Origin: Candidatus Planktophila sp.
GTDB lineage: Bacteria > Actinomycetota > Actinomycetes > Nanopelagicales > Nanopelagicaceae
Assembly: GCA_036734125.1 (NCBI GenBank)
Contig: DAIMZE010000001.1
Coordinates: forward strand, 1-54,048
Direction: 5' to 3'
Length of the DNA stretch: 54,048 nt
Numbering within the stretch: position 1 is the first letter of the stretch; the number at the start of each line of letters is the position of its first letter. The notes under the pieces were generated by a model. That model worked only from the letters and a program-made list of their open reading frames with translations, did no database searches and was not told where the DNA came from. Made by a program: the position numbers and the translations under genes. This document shows, in pieces, positions 18,322 through 28,182 of this stretch.

Positions 18322-19599
18322 TTAAATACTCTCTGATTCAAAAGAAACTGGTGAATTTTCACGATGATCATGTCGCCAGTTTTCAGGCAACAAGTGATCC
18401 AGCACATCGTCAACCGTGACCGCGCCTAAAAGCCGTTCATTGGCATCGACAACAGGTAAAGAAAGCATGTTGTAGCTAGCCAAATGTGATGAAACTTCGT
18501 GCAAAGTTGCATCAGGATTTGTCGCCTTCGAATCAGTATCGACGATTGAGCCGAGCAATGTTGATGGTGGTTCGCGTAGTAAGCGTTGGTAATGCACCAC
18601 ACCAATAAAACGCCCAGTCGGAGTTTCTACTGGTTGGCGACAGATGTAGATCTGCGAAGCAAGTGCCGGTGAAATCTCTTTTTGTCGAACAGCAGCAAGT
18701 GCATCGGCAACGGTGGAATCTGCGGTCAGAACAATTGGTTCTGTTGTCATCATTCCACCAGCTGAATAATCCTCGTACGTCATCAAACGCAAAACATCTT
18801 CAGCATCTTCAGGTTCCATCAGCTCTAGCAGAGCTGTTGCTCGCTCTTCTCCAACTTCACGTAACAAGTCGGCAGCATCATCTGGATCCATCTCACCTAA
18901 GACATCGGCTGCGCGTTCTCCTTCGAGCTCTGCAAGAAGTGCAACACGATTGTCTTCATCCATTTCTTCTAAAACATCTGCAAGGCGTTCATCTTCGAGT
19001 GCACTAGCAACTTCAATACGACGCTTTGGCGCTAAATCCTGTAAAACCGCGGCAAGGTCTGCCGCACGAAGGTTTGCCAAAGTTGATAGCAGATTAGCAA
19101 CACCTTGATTTTGTTCAGTGTTTGCAAAGCCAACAACTTCTTCCCAGGTAACTGTTGAAGTTGCGCCCTTGCGGCGTAAGCCTCGGCCTTTGCGCATGAT
19201 GTGTACCTTGGCAATTAACCAATCACCATTTCGATTTTGCTCCATGCCCATATCTTCAACAACTACTTCTTCTGAAGTTTCTAACAATGTGATGGATCGA
19301 TCCAGCATTTCACCCAGAACTAGAACTTCACCAGGGCGGGTATCGAAACGGCGCATATTTAACAGGCCAGTGATAACAACCGCGCCACTTTCAATTGATG
19401 TAACGCGGGTGATCGGAACAAAAACTCGACGGCGCAATGGCACTTCAACAACTAACCCAAGGATTCGAGGTTGCTGATTGTTTGAACGCAGGGTCGCGAC
19501 AGCATCTCGCACCTTTCCGACAGGATCACCATTTGGATCAAAGACCGCAGTGCCTGCAAGACGGGCGAGAAATACTCGGTTTAAGAGATTGCCGCTCAT
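18322..19599 (-). CDS. MgtE N-terminal/CBS-domain protein (PRC barrel + MgtE_N + CBS, no TM domain)
   Basis: MDPDDAADLL, SAGGMMTTEP, GAVTVDDVLD. Confidence 0.88.
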   Translation of the reverse strand: MSGNLLNRVFLARLAGTAVFDPNGDPVGKVRDAVATLRSNNQQPRILGLVVEVPLRRRVFVPITRVTSIESGAVVITGLLNMRRFDTRPGEVLVLGEMLDRSITLLETSEEVVVEDMGMEQNRNGDWLIAKVHIMRKGRGLRRKGATSTVTWEEVVGFANTEQNQGVANLLSTLANLRAADLAAVLQDLAPKRRIEVASALEDERLADVLEEMDEDNRVALLAELEGERAADVLGEMDPDDAADLLREVGEERATALLELMEPEDAEDVLRLMTYEDYSAGGMMTTEPIVLTADSTVADALAAVRQKEISPALASQIYICRQPVETPTGRFIGVVHYQRLLREPPSTLLGSIVDTDSKATNPDATLHEVSSHLASYNMLSLPVVDANERLLGAVTVDDVLDHLLPENWRHDHRENSPVSFESESI

Positions 19600-19621
19600 G
19601 GGTTAAGGGTACCTTTCTCTT
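19600..19621. promoter_or_regulatory. Bidirectional leaderless promoter (overlapping -10 elements)
   Basis: TACCTT (+, 19610-19615) and TACCCT (-, 19611-19606), each exactly 6 nt before an ATG, centred on GGTACC. Confidence 0.6.
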
Positions 19622-20515
19622 ATGACTTCAGGCGAACGCATTAATGACCACACGGCGATCCCTGCAAAACCAGATCTAATTCGTTTAGGCCTAGGAATCA
19701 TTGGAATCGGAACATCTGGACCATTAATTGCAATGAGTGCAATGCCGGTGCTGACTTTGATTTTCTGGAGAAATCTTGGCGGATCATTAATTACTTTGCC
19801 ATTTGCGCTGCGTCATTCACGTGATCGTGCAGGAATGAAATGGGCAATGATTGCCGGGGTATTACTTGCTCTTCACTTTATTGGTTTCTTTTTAGCGATG
19901 AGAATGACAACGGTTGCAGCAGGAACAGCACTCGTTGCACTTCAACCGATTTTCGCGGCGCTGTTTGTGAAGTTTAGCGGCGGACACATTCCATCAAAAG
20001 CTTGGCTCGGAATGATTGTTAGCTTTGTCGGCGTTGTTTTGGTTTCTGGTGTTGATTTAACTATTTCATTTAGGTCATTCATGGGCGACATTGCCGCCTT
20101 GATTTCAGCGGCGTTAGCGGCTGCATACATGATGGCTGGTTCGAAAGCTCAGCGAACACTTGAGACAAGTACCTACACGACAGTTTGTTACTTTATTTGC
20201 TCAATGACGGCGCTGCCGATGGCCTTGATATTAGGAAATGAAATCTTTGCTTTTGAACAAAAAGAATGGCTCATTCTTTTGGGGCTAATTCTTGGTGCTC
20301 AATTGTTGGGTCACACGATGTTTAACTCAGCGCTGAAGCGCGTTTCACCTGCGATCGTTTCGCTCATTGTTTTCTTCGAAGTTCCGGTAAGTGCTGTTCT
20401 GGCAGTTTGGTGGCTAGATCAAACTCCACCTCTTGGAATCATTCCTGGAATTGCGTTAATTCTGATCGGTTGCGTCTTAGTAGTTACTAGAACCCGTGGA
20501 GCAAGCAATGATTGA
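19622..20515 (+). CDS. DMT/EamA family transporter
   Basis: About 10 hydrophobic segments, duplicated EamA pattern, QLLGHT..N. Confidence 0.85.
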   Translation: MTSGERINDHTAIPAKPDLIRLGLGIIGIGTSGPLIAMSAMPVLTLIFWRNLGGSLITLPFALRHSRDRAGMKWAMIAGVLLALHFIGFFLAMRMTTVAAGTALVALQPIFAALFVKFSGGHIPSKAWLGMIVSFVGVVLVSGVDLTISFRSFMGDIAALISAALAAAYMMAGSKAQRTLETSTYTTVCYFICSMTALPMALILGNEIFAFEQKEWLILLGLILGAQLLGHTMFNSALKRVSPAIVSLIVFFEVPVSAVLAVWWLDQTPPLGIIPGIALILIGCVLVVTRTRGASND

Positions 20516-21353
20516 TCTGCACACCCACACGAACTGCAGTGATGGAACTGATTCTCCCCGCGAATTAGTTAACAAGGCGATTGTTCAGGGTTTAGAAGTT
20601 CTGGGAATTTCAGATCACGACACAACTTCTGGTTGGAAAGAAGCAATTGAAACTCTGCGTGGTTCGCTCAAGCTAGCACTGGGCTCTGAAATTTCTTGTT
20701 TAACTCATGATGGGGTTAGCGTGCACATGTTGGGGCTGCTATTTGATCCCGACCATGAAGAAATGCAACGCGTGCTTGAAGAAACCCGCGATGGTCGACT
20801 TCCTCGGATGCGAAAGATGATTGAAAAAATGCGCGCAGAGGGCATGGATATTTCGATGGAAGATGTCGAGCAAGCCATGCCAGCAGGTGCCACTATGGGT
20901 AGACCACACCTAGCCGATGCACTTGTCGCCAAGAAAATTGTGAAATCTCGTGACGAGGCTTTCATAGATTTATTGCACAACGAATCCCGCTTTTATGTTT
21001 CCCATGCTGCACCTACTCCAGTCGAAGCGATTGCATTGATTCGCAGAGCTGGGGGAGTCGCAGTAATTGCACATCCATTTGCTTCGCACCGCGGACAAAT
21101 TCTAAAACCCGAAGATTTCTCGGAATTAGTATCTGCAGGATTAAATGGCATAGAAGTTGACCATCGTGACCAAAACCCTGACGAAAGAGCGATGTTGCGA
21201 GCAATTGCCCATGAATTAGATCTTGTGATCACCGGAAGTAGTGATTATCACGGCACTGGAAAACTTAATTCATTAGCAGAAAACCATACCCATAGGGAAC
21301 AATGGGAGAAGTTAGAGTCACAATCCAATGCTCGAAGGGTGGTTTCAGCGTGA
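20508..21353 (+). CDS. PHP-domain metal-dependent phosphoesterase (TrpH/YciV-like)
   Basis: DLHTHT..SDG, SDHD, GRPH, AHP, GSSDYHG. Confidence 0.92.
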   Translation: MIDLHTHTNCSDGTDSPRELVNKAIVQGLEVLGISDHDTTSGWKEAIETLRGSLKLALGSEISCLTHDGVSVHMLGLLFDPDHEEMQRVLEETRDGRLPRMRKMIEKMRAEGMDISMEDVEQAMPAGATMGRPHLADALVAKKIVKSRDEAFIDLLHNESRFYVSHAAPTPVEAIALIRRAGGVAVIAHPFASHRGQILKPEDFSELVSAGLNGIEVDHRDQNPDERAMLRAIAHELDLVITGSSDYHGTGKLNSLAENHTHREQWEKLESQSNARRVVSA

Positions 21354-21961
21354 AAGATATAAGCGCAGTTACATTTGCGGTTCAGTCTTTTGTCACTTTA
21401 TTTGTGATCATGGATCCACCAGGTGCAACTCCTATTTTCTTGGGATTAGTCGCAGACAAAACTCCTAAGGTTCGCAGAATGTTGGCGGTGCAGGCCGCAG
21501 CGGTATCCCTTCTAGTTATTTCAATCTTTGCCCTCTTTGGCCGGGCAATTCTGAGTTACTTGAACATTTCCATGGAAGCCCTACAAGCAGCAGGTGCTTT
21601 GTTGTTGCTACTTGTAGCTCTGGAATTGCTGACTGGAAATACAAAGAAACACAGTGAAGATGGCGATTCAAATATTGCATTAGTTCCACTGGGGACTCCG
21701 ATTTTGGCTGGCCCTGGTGCAATTGTTGCAACGATGATTTTCGTTCAGCAAGTAGATACAACGGCAATGGCGCTAGGACTAACGGCAGCTGTTGTGGCTG
21801 TTCATATTGCTATCGCCGTTGCGCTTATGGCATCGACAACAATTTTGAAGGTCATCAAAGAATCAGGTGTAACTCTGGTAGCCAGAATTGCCGGTCTATT
21901 GCTGGCAGCTATCGCAGTACAAATGCTGGTAGATGCGATTCGCGTCTTTGTTACTGCTTAG
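21350..21961 (+). CDS. MarC family membrane protein
   Basis: IMDPPG..PIF, PLGTPILAGPGAI, GLLLAAIAVQ. Confidence 0.92.
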   Translation: MKDISAVTFAVQSFVTLFVIMDPPGATPIFLGLVADKTPKVRRMLAVQAAAVSLLVISIFALFGRAILSYLNISMEALQAAGALLLLLVALELLTGNTKKHSEDGDSNIALVPLGTPILAGPGAIVATMIFVQQVDTTAMALGLTAAVVAVHIAIAVALMASTTILKVIKESGVTLVARIAGLLLAAIAVQMLVDAIRVFVTA

Positions 21962-23295
21962 CTTTCTTTAAATTTCTTAGTACGCGTGCGAGTGCGCTCG
22001 GTGCGGGCTTTAGGTGCTTCTTGCTTTGCGCGGGCTGGTCGAGATTCTTTACTCTCAACTTTTACAACTGGCTTGGCTTTAACTAAGCGACCTGTCGAAC
22101 CTGCTGGAATGTTCATGGTTTCGTAGAGATGTTCTGATGATGAATAAGTTTCTTCAGGCTCTGCTAAACCAAGTGCAAGGGTTTGGTCAATCATTTTCCA
22201 ACGTGCAAGTTCATCCCAGTCCACAAAAGTAACTGCAATTCCGTGTGCACCTGCGCGAGCGGTACGACCAATGCGGTGAACATAAGTTTTTTCATCTTCT
22301 GGGCATTGGTAATTGATGACGTGAGTAATTCCATCAATATCGATTCCTCGGGCCGCTACATCTGTTGCGACAAGTACATCTGATTTACCAGCCTTGAAAT
22401 CACTGAGCGCTTTTTCACGCGCACTTTGTCCAAGATCACCATGAATAGGTGCTGCTTTAAATCCACGCTCCATTAAATCTTCCGCTGTTTTTTGTGCAGT
22501 TCGCTTTGTTCGGCAGAAAACCATGGTTGGTCCACGACCCTCGGCTTGCAGAATTCGTGCCAACATTTCAATCTTGTCTAACGCATGTGCACGCAAAACA
22601 TGTTGCTTGATTCGAGTAACGACTGCGCCTTCATCTTCACTGTCTTGTGTTCGAATATGAATTGGTTGATTCATGAATCGACGAGCAAGGGCAATGATGT
22701 CGCCGGGCATAGTGGCTGAGAACAACATAGTTTGGGCACGATTTGGCGTGCTAGATAAAATCTTTTCTACATCAGGTAAAAAGCCGAGGTCCAACATTTC
22801 ATCGGCTTCGTCCAAAACCAAACGAGAAACCTCTTTTAACTTCAATTGACCTTGTCGCGAAAGGTCCAAGAGACGCCCAGGAGTTCCAACAACAATTTCA
22901 ACTCCTGCTTGTAGGGCTTCGATTTGTGGCTCAAATGCGCGGCCACCATAAACAGCCACTGTGCGTATTCCACGATTCGAGGCAAGCTCTTCGATGTCTT
23001 TAGTTACCTGAGTACACAGTTCGCGAGTAGGAACAACGATTAATACCTGAGGCAAACCTTTCTTATCAAAGTCAGCCCACTCGGCATCGTGCGGAGCGAT
23101 GACTCGCTCAATGACGGGAATACCAAAAGCAAGAGTCTTTCCGGTTCCAGTCTTTGCCTGACCAATGACATCTCCATCTGCCAAAGCGATTGGCAGAACC
23201 ATTTCCTGAATAGCAAATGGGGCTAAGAAACCGTGGGCGTGTAATGCCTCAATTGTTTGACTGCGCAGGGGCAGGTCAGCAAATGTTGTTGCCAT
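21958..23295 (-). CDS. DEAD-box RNA helicase
   Basis: AKTGTGKT, PTREL, TPGR, DEAD, SAT, HRIGRTAR. Confidence 0.95.
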   Translation of the reverse strand: MATTFADLPLRSQTIEALHAHGFLAPFAIQEMVLPIALADGDVIGQAKTGTGKTLAFGIPVIERVIAPHDAEWADFDKKGLPQVLIVVPTRELCTQVTKDIEELASNRGIRTVAVYGGRAFEPQIEALQAGVEIVVGTPGRLLDLSRQGQLKLKEVSRLVLDEADEMLDLGFLPDVEKILSSTPNRAQTMLFSATMPGDIIALARRFMNQPIHIRTQDSEDEGAVVTRIKQHVLRAHALDKIEMLARILQAEGRGPTMVFCRTKRTAQKTAEDLMERGFKAAPIHGDLGQSAREKALSDFKAGKSDVLVATDVAARGIDIDGITHVINYQCPEDEKTYVHRIGRTARAGAHGIAVTFVDWDELARWKMIDQTLALGLAEPEETYSSSEHLYETMNIPAGSTGRLVKAKPVVKVESKESRPARAKQEAPKARTERTRTRTKKFKES

Positions 23296-23316
23296 ATCTA
23301 TTTAATCCTAACGATT

Positions 23317-23928
23317 TTAGTTGCGCGGAAATCCTGAAATGCCACGCCACATAAGGTTGTGAACCAATGCAACTGCATCCTGTCGACTTAACTTGCTATC
23401 TCGTTCGAGCCAGTGACGAGCAGTTACTTGCGCATAACCAATCATTCCAACACCCAAAAGCATTGATGCCTCTTTTGGTAGGCCAGTATCAAGTGCAATG
23501 ACCGCGCTAGCAGCAGCTGCACAGTCGTATGTCATTCGATTTAAGCGTTCACGAACCTGGGGTTCGACGCTCATATCGCTCTCGAAAAGTAAACGGAAGG
23601 CTTCGCCTTCCTTTTCAATAAATGCAAAGTAAGCATCTACCGTTGCCAATACTCGATCCTTGTTGGCAGGTGTAGATGCAATCGCTTTTTGAATTTCAAA
23701 AACCAATGAATCAATATGTAAATCCAAAACCGCTAAATACAGTTCTAACTTTGATGGAAAGTGCTGATACAAAACTGGTTTTGAGACATTTGCGCGATCG
23801 GCAATCTCATCCATTGCAGCGGAGTGATATCCGGCAGCGGTGAAGACTTCTAGAGCAGCCGATAGCAATAATGCTCGGCGCTCATCGCGAGGCAAGCGAG
23901 CCTTATTGGTTGTGTCTAAATTACTCAT
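23317..23928 (-). CDS. TetR/AcrR family regulator (Rv3208-like)
   Basis: MDEIADRANVSKPVLYQHFPSK HTH. Confidence 0.92.
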   Translation of the reverse strand: MSNLDTTNKARLPRDERRALLLSAALEVFTAAGYHSAAMDEIADRANVSKPVLYQHFPSKLELYLAVLDLHIDSLVFEIQKAIASTPANKDRVLATVDAYFAFIEKEGEAFRLLFESDMSVEPQVRERLNRMTYDCAAAASAVIALDTGLPKEASMLLGVGMIGYAQVTARHWLERDSKLSRQDAVALVHNLMWRGISGFPRN

Positions 23929-23958
23929 TGGTCTAATCGTACGGCAGAATTACCAAAC

Positions 23959-24825
23959 ATGAACCGCTCCTATGAAGGCTTCCGCATCCTCCTGGTGCAT
24001 GCACATCCAGATGATGAGACGATCAATAATGGGGCAACAATGGCTTTGTATGCAGATCGCGGGGCTCAAGTCACGCTTGTAACCTGCACTCGCGGAGAAG
24101 AAGGCGAAGTCTTGGTTCCGACGCTTTCTCATTTATCAAGTAGTGAGCAAGATCTGCTGGGGACGCATAGAGAAGTTGAATTAGCTGAAGCAATGAAGGC
24201 ACTTGGTATTTCTGATCATCGATTTTTAGGTGCACCAACAACAAAGTTTCGCGATAGCGGAATGATGGGAACTGAGCCAAATAATCGACCCGATGTATTT
24301 TGGCAAGCAGACCTTGATGCAGCTGCAAAAATTTTAGTAGAGGTAATCGAAGAAACAAAGCCACATGTTTTGATTACATACGATGAGATTGGTGGCTATG
24401 GCCACCCAGATCACATCAAAGCCCACCTTGTTGCAATGAGGGCTGCGGAGTTAGCTACTTGGCAGATTCCAAAGATTTATTGGAACACTATGCCAAAGTC
24501 AGTTTTAGCTGAGGGCATTGCAAAGATGAAAGAGATTGGTTCAGATTTCTTTGGCGCAGACAGTGTTGATGATCTTCCATTTGCTAAAGATGATGAGTTT
24601 GTAACAACTTTGATTGATGGAGTCGAATATGTCGATGCAAAGATGGCGGCAATGAAAGCACATGAGACTCAGATTTCACTGGACGGCCCATTCTTTGCTT
24701 TATCAAATAACTTAGGCTTACAAATTTGGGGCGATGAGTACTACACCTTAGTTAAGGGCACGAAGAGTGGACCTTTTGATGCCAAGGGCCGTGAAACAGA
24801 TTTAACATCTGGAATAACCCTGTAA
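23959..24825 (+). CDS. mshB: GlcNAc-Ins deacetylase (mycothiol biosynthesis)
   Basis: VHAHPDDE, RDSGMMG, GGYGHPDH, AHETQ, FALSNN; synteny with fdxA-dapC. Confidence 0.9.
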   Translation: MNRSYEGFRILLVHAHPDDETINNGATMALYADRGAQVTLVTCTRGEEGEVLVPTLSHLSSSEQDLLGTHREVELAEAMKALGISDHRFLGAPTTKFRDSGMMGTEPNNRPDVFWQADLDAAAKILVEVIEETKPHVLITYDEIGGYGHPDHIKAHLVAMRAAELATWQIPKIYWNTMPKSVLAEGIAKMKEIGSDFFGADSVDDLPFAKDDEFVTTLIDGVEYVDAKMAAMKAHETQISLDGPFFALSNNLGLQIWGDEYYTLVKGTKSGPFDAKGRETDLTSGITL

Positions 24826-25136
24826 TGAAAGAGATTTATTCACTGTTATTTGGTGCTGCACTTGGGGCTAGTTCAATTTTTATTTACAGCTTTTATCCAC
24901 CAGTAGGTTTAATCGTTTCACTGTTTGCAACCGGAGTTGGAATTTGGGCAACCGGTAGATTATGGGGCAAGCGTTCTTACAAATTTATTGCTGGCATCGC
25001 GTGGGCATTGGTAGTGCTTCGCGCAGGTTTTCCAGGACTTAATGAAGAGTACTTAATTCAAGGCGACACCATTGGTGTTTCATTGATTAACTTTGGGTTC
25101 ATTGCAATCGTAATTGCAATAGTTACCCCACTTTAA
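24825..25136 (+). CDS. Small membrane protein (DUF6113-like)
   Basis: About 4 TM segments, translationally coupled downstream of mshB as in other actinobacteria. Confidence 0.65.
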   Translation: MKEIYSLLFGAALGASSIFIYSFYPPVGLIVSLFATGVGIWATGRLWGKRSYKFIAGIAWALVVLRAGFPGLNEEYLIQGDTIGVSLINFGFIAIVIAIVTPL

Positions 25137-26479
25137 CTCCAGCTTTGCCCTTCGGGGGTATCTTTAATTTCTAACCCTAGGTTTTCTAATTCACCCCGAA
25201 GCTGATCGCTATCACTCCATCGCTTCTCGCTACGAGCAAGTGCTCGATCATCTAACAACTTCTGCATGTGCGGAGTTAAAACTTTTGCAACCACTGGACG
25301 TTCTAAATCCAAGCCAAGAACTTGATCGGCATATCGAAAGATCGATGCTTTATCCGGCTGGTCACTTTTCTCAATTTCACGCAGTCGGATAATTGCACGT
25401 GATGTATCAAGATCTGTGTTGAATGCGGTTTCAATTTCAGGATCGACAGTAATCTCTGTGCCAACTCCCCAGAGCGCCATCTTGTTGCGCCACCGCTTCA
25501 AAGTCTCATCGGCTGCTTCAATGGAATTCCAGGTCAGATCCATTTGTGATCGATATTTGTTTTCTAAAAAGCAAAGTCGAATAGCTAAAGGATCAAAACC
25601 CTTATCAATAACATCATTGAGCAGAACGACATTTCCGGAACTTTTCGACATCTTTTTGCCTTCAAAAAGCAGGTGTTCACCATGAACCCACAGGCTTACT
25701 GCTTCCTCATTAATCAAAGCATTTGACTGGGCTCGTTCATTTTCATGATGGGGGAAACGCAGATCTATTCCGCCTACGTGAATGTCAACATGACCATCGA
25801 GCAACTGTAATGACATGGCCGAACATTCGATGTGCCAACCAGGAAAGCCCTTACCCCACGGTGAATCCCACACCATTTCAGTGCGATCACCAGCTGCTTT
25901 CCATAACGCCCAATCGGCATGGAATCTTTTTGCACCATCTTCAGAGTATTCATACCTGTGTCCAGGCTTGAGCGAATCAAGTTTGTTGCCACTTATTGCG
26001 CCGTAAGTCGCAAATTTTTCAGCACTAAAGTAAACCGAAGAATCTGAACCAACGTAAGCGAACTCTGCATCAACCAATTTCCCAATGAGTTCTAGCATCA
26101 TGTCGATACTTTCGCTGGCACGCGGATAAGCCGCAGCAGGTTGAATATTCAGAGCTGCTAAATCTGTATGGAATCTAGCTTCGTATTTTCTGGCAATTTC
26201 AAAAGGATCAATCTTTTCTAATTTTGCCTGACTTAACATCTTGTCATCATTAACAAAATCTTCTGACATGTGTCCGACATCTGTGATGTTTTGAATCAGA
26301 TATGGGGTAGCCCCGTTAAGGCGTATGACTCGAGCAATCAAATCTGACAACAAAAATGTACGAAGATTTCCAACGTGAGCATCGCGATAGACAGTTGGTC
26401 CGCAGCAATACATGCGGATAGGTTCTTGCGTTACTTCAACATCTTTTAACTGACGAGATTGAGTGTCATATAACTTCAT
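25133..26479 (-). CDS. cysS: Cysteine--tRNA ligase
   Basis: CGPTVY, HVGN, PGWHIECSAM, FPHHENE, KMSKS, C-terminal anticodon-binding helix. Confidence 0.92.
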   Translation of the reverse strand: MKLYDTQSRQLKDVEVTQEPIRMYCCGPTVYRDAHVGNLRTFLLSDLIARVIRLNGATPYLIQNITDVGHMSEDFVNDDKMLSQAKLEKIDPFEIARKYEARFHTDLAALNIQPAAAYPRASESIDMMLELIGKLVDAEFAYVGSDSSVYFSAEKFATYGAISGNKLDSLKPGHRYEYSEDGAKRFHADWALWKAAGDRTEMVWDSPWGKGFPGWHIECSAMSLQLLDGHVDIHVGGIDLRFPHHENERAQSNALINEEAVSLWVHGEHLLFEGKKMSKSSGNVVLLNDVIDKGFDPLAIRLCFLENKYRSQMDLTWNSIEAADETLKRWRNKMALWGVGTEITVDPEIETAFNTDLDTSRAIIRLREIEKSDQPDKASIFRYADQVLGLDLERPVVAKVLTPHMQKLLDDRALARSEKRWSDSDQLRGELENLGLEIKDTPEGQSWS

Positions 26480-26676
26480 ACCTTCTCAATCACCTGCTTC
26501 CAGACAAAAATCTCACTATGAGAGAATTCGATTATCTCGCCACTCTTTTTACGCAACGAATACGGGGTAACGAGATGGCCCAAGATGTCACGGAAGCCGC
26601 CTTCAGGCTCATGAAGCCTGATACTCACCCGAACGCCGATGAGTTCAGAAAATTGAGTTTCGAGCTCTGTTGGCAT
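26476..26676 (-). CDS. Small protein resembling the N-terminal beta domain of actinobacterial Rv0428c-like acetyltransferases
   Basis: IGVRVSIR...GFRDILGHL...RKKSGE pattern; TATCGT -10 element 6 nt before ATG 26676; ATGA overlap with cysS. Confidence 0.6.
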   Translation of the reverse strand: MPTELETQFSELIGVRVSIRLHEPEGGFRDILGHLVTPYSLRKKSGEIIEFSHSEIFVWKQVIEKV

Positions 26677-26791
26677 GAGACAACGATAAGCCCACCCTTT
26701 AATATCGACCACCGTTAAATATCGCGTAGCGGCGCAAGTTGGCGTTAGAATTCCTCACCAGACACCTTGTCCCACACTTTGGAGGCCGCTC

Positions 26792-27112
26792 GTGACTTAT
26801 GTGATCGCAGACCCATGCGTCGATGTAAAAGATAAATCCTGCATCGAAGAATGTCCGGTTGATTGCATTTACGAAGGCGATCGCATGCTTTATATCCAGC
26901 CAGATGAGTGCGTCGATTGCGGTGCGTGTGAGCCTGTTTGCCCAGTAGAGGCCATCTATTACGAAGATGATGTTCCTGGCGTGTGGAAAGAGTTTGGCAA
27001 GGTCAACACAGAGTTTTTCATTGAAATCGGTTCACCAGGTGGTGCGAGCAAGGTTGGTCCAACTGGCACCGATCACGCATCAATCGCAGCCCGCCCACCA
27101 AAGAGCGAGTAA
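26792..27112 (+). CDS. fdxA: 7Fe ferredoxin
   Basis: [37 protein letters not shown]. Confidence 0.95.
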   Translation: MTYVIADPCVDVKDKSCIEECPVDCIYEGDRMLYIQPDECVDCGACEPVCPVEAIYYEDDVPGVWKEFGKVNTEFFIEIGSPGGASKVGPTGTDHASIAARPPKSE

Positions 27113-27115
27113 CCA

Positions 27116-28180
27116 TTGCGTGCCCAGCTCCCAGATTTTCCGTGGGATGCGTTAGCGCCATATGGCGAGAAGGCTCGATCTCACCCACAAGGGATTATTG
27201 ATCTTTCTCAAGGGACTCCGGTAGATCCCACACCTGAATTTATTCAACAAGCATTTCGTGACGCGTCAAACTCTCCCAGTTATCCAGTCACCGCTGGAAC
27301 TCCCGAACTTCGCGCAGCGATTAAAAAGTGGGCAACAGATCGTTTAGGTGCAACAGGTGATTTCGATGTGTTGCCAATAATCGGATCTAAAGAGTTAGTT
27401 GCCTGGCTTCCAACATATCTTGAATCAAAAATAGTTGTGATTCCTGAAATTGCCTATCCGACATATCACGTAGGCGCAGTACTTGCTGGCGCAGCTTCGG
27501 TGCCGGTTGCAATTGATGCAAGCACGTGGCCACAAGCAGATTTAGCGTGGCTGAACTCTCCATCAAATCCAACTGGGCGAGTACACAGTGTGGAAGAAGT
27601 TAAAGCATGTATTAATTGGTCACGTGCGAATAAATCAGTTTTGATTTCCGATGAGTGTTATCTTGAATTTGATCAAACTGCACACTCTGTTTCAGTCTTA
27701 TCGCAAACAGGCGGGAATAACACCAATATTCTTGCGGTGCATTCATTATCAAAGCGCTCATCAATGGCTGGTTACCGCGCAGCATTTATGGTGGGAGACA
27801 GCGCACTCATTGCTCGAATTCGAGAGATTAGAAAACACGGGGGAATGATGGTTCCTCTACCAGTTCAAAAAGCGATGACAGTTGCACTTGCCGATGATGT
27901 TCATGTTGCTGAACAACGCGCTCGCTACAACGCCCGCAAAGATGCGCTACGTCCGGCACTGATCGGTGCAGGATTCACCATTGAGTTCAGTGATTCAGGT
28001 TTGTACTTGTGGTGCACCCGCAAAGAAGATGCTTGGGCAAGTGTTGCTTGGCTTGCAGAGCGCGGAATTTTGGCAACTCCCGGAAGTTTTTATGGCGAGC
28101 AAGGAAAAAACCATATTCGTATCGCAATGACAGCAACTGATGCCCACATTGCTGATGCGGTTCAACGTTTGAAGGCGTAA
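27116..28180 (+). CDS. dapC: Succinyldiaminopimelate transaminase
   Basis: LPDFPWD, GTPVDP, GSKE, SDECY, SLSKRS; follows fdxA. Confidence 0.92.
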   Translation: MRAQLPDFPWDALAPYGEKARSHPQGIIDLSQGTPVDPTPEFIQQAFRDASNSPSYPVTAGTPELRAAIKKWATDRLGATGDFDVLPIIGSKELVAWLPTYLESKIVVIPEIAYPTYHVGAVLAGAASVPVAIDASTWPQADLAWLNSPSNPTGRVHSVEEVKACINWSRANKSVLISDECYLEFDQTAHSVSVLSQTGGNNTNILAVHSLSKRSSMAGYRAAFMVGDSALIARIREIRKHGGMMVPLPVQKAMTVALADDVHVAEQRARYNARKDALRPALIGAGFTIEFSDSGLYLWCTRKEDAWASVAWLAERGILATPGSFYGEQGKNHIRIAMTATDAHIADAVQRLKA

Positions 28181-28182
28181 AA

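Noticed and set aside
25133..26479. Possible mshC because it lies next to mshB
   Set aside because: It has CGPTVY rather than the CGITPY of MshC and retains the C-terminal anticodon-binding domain, so it is CysS
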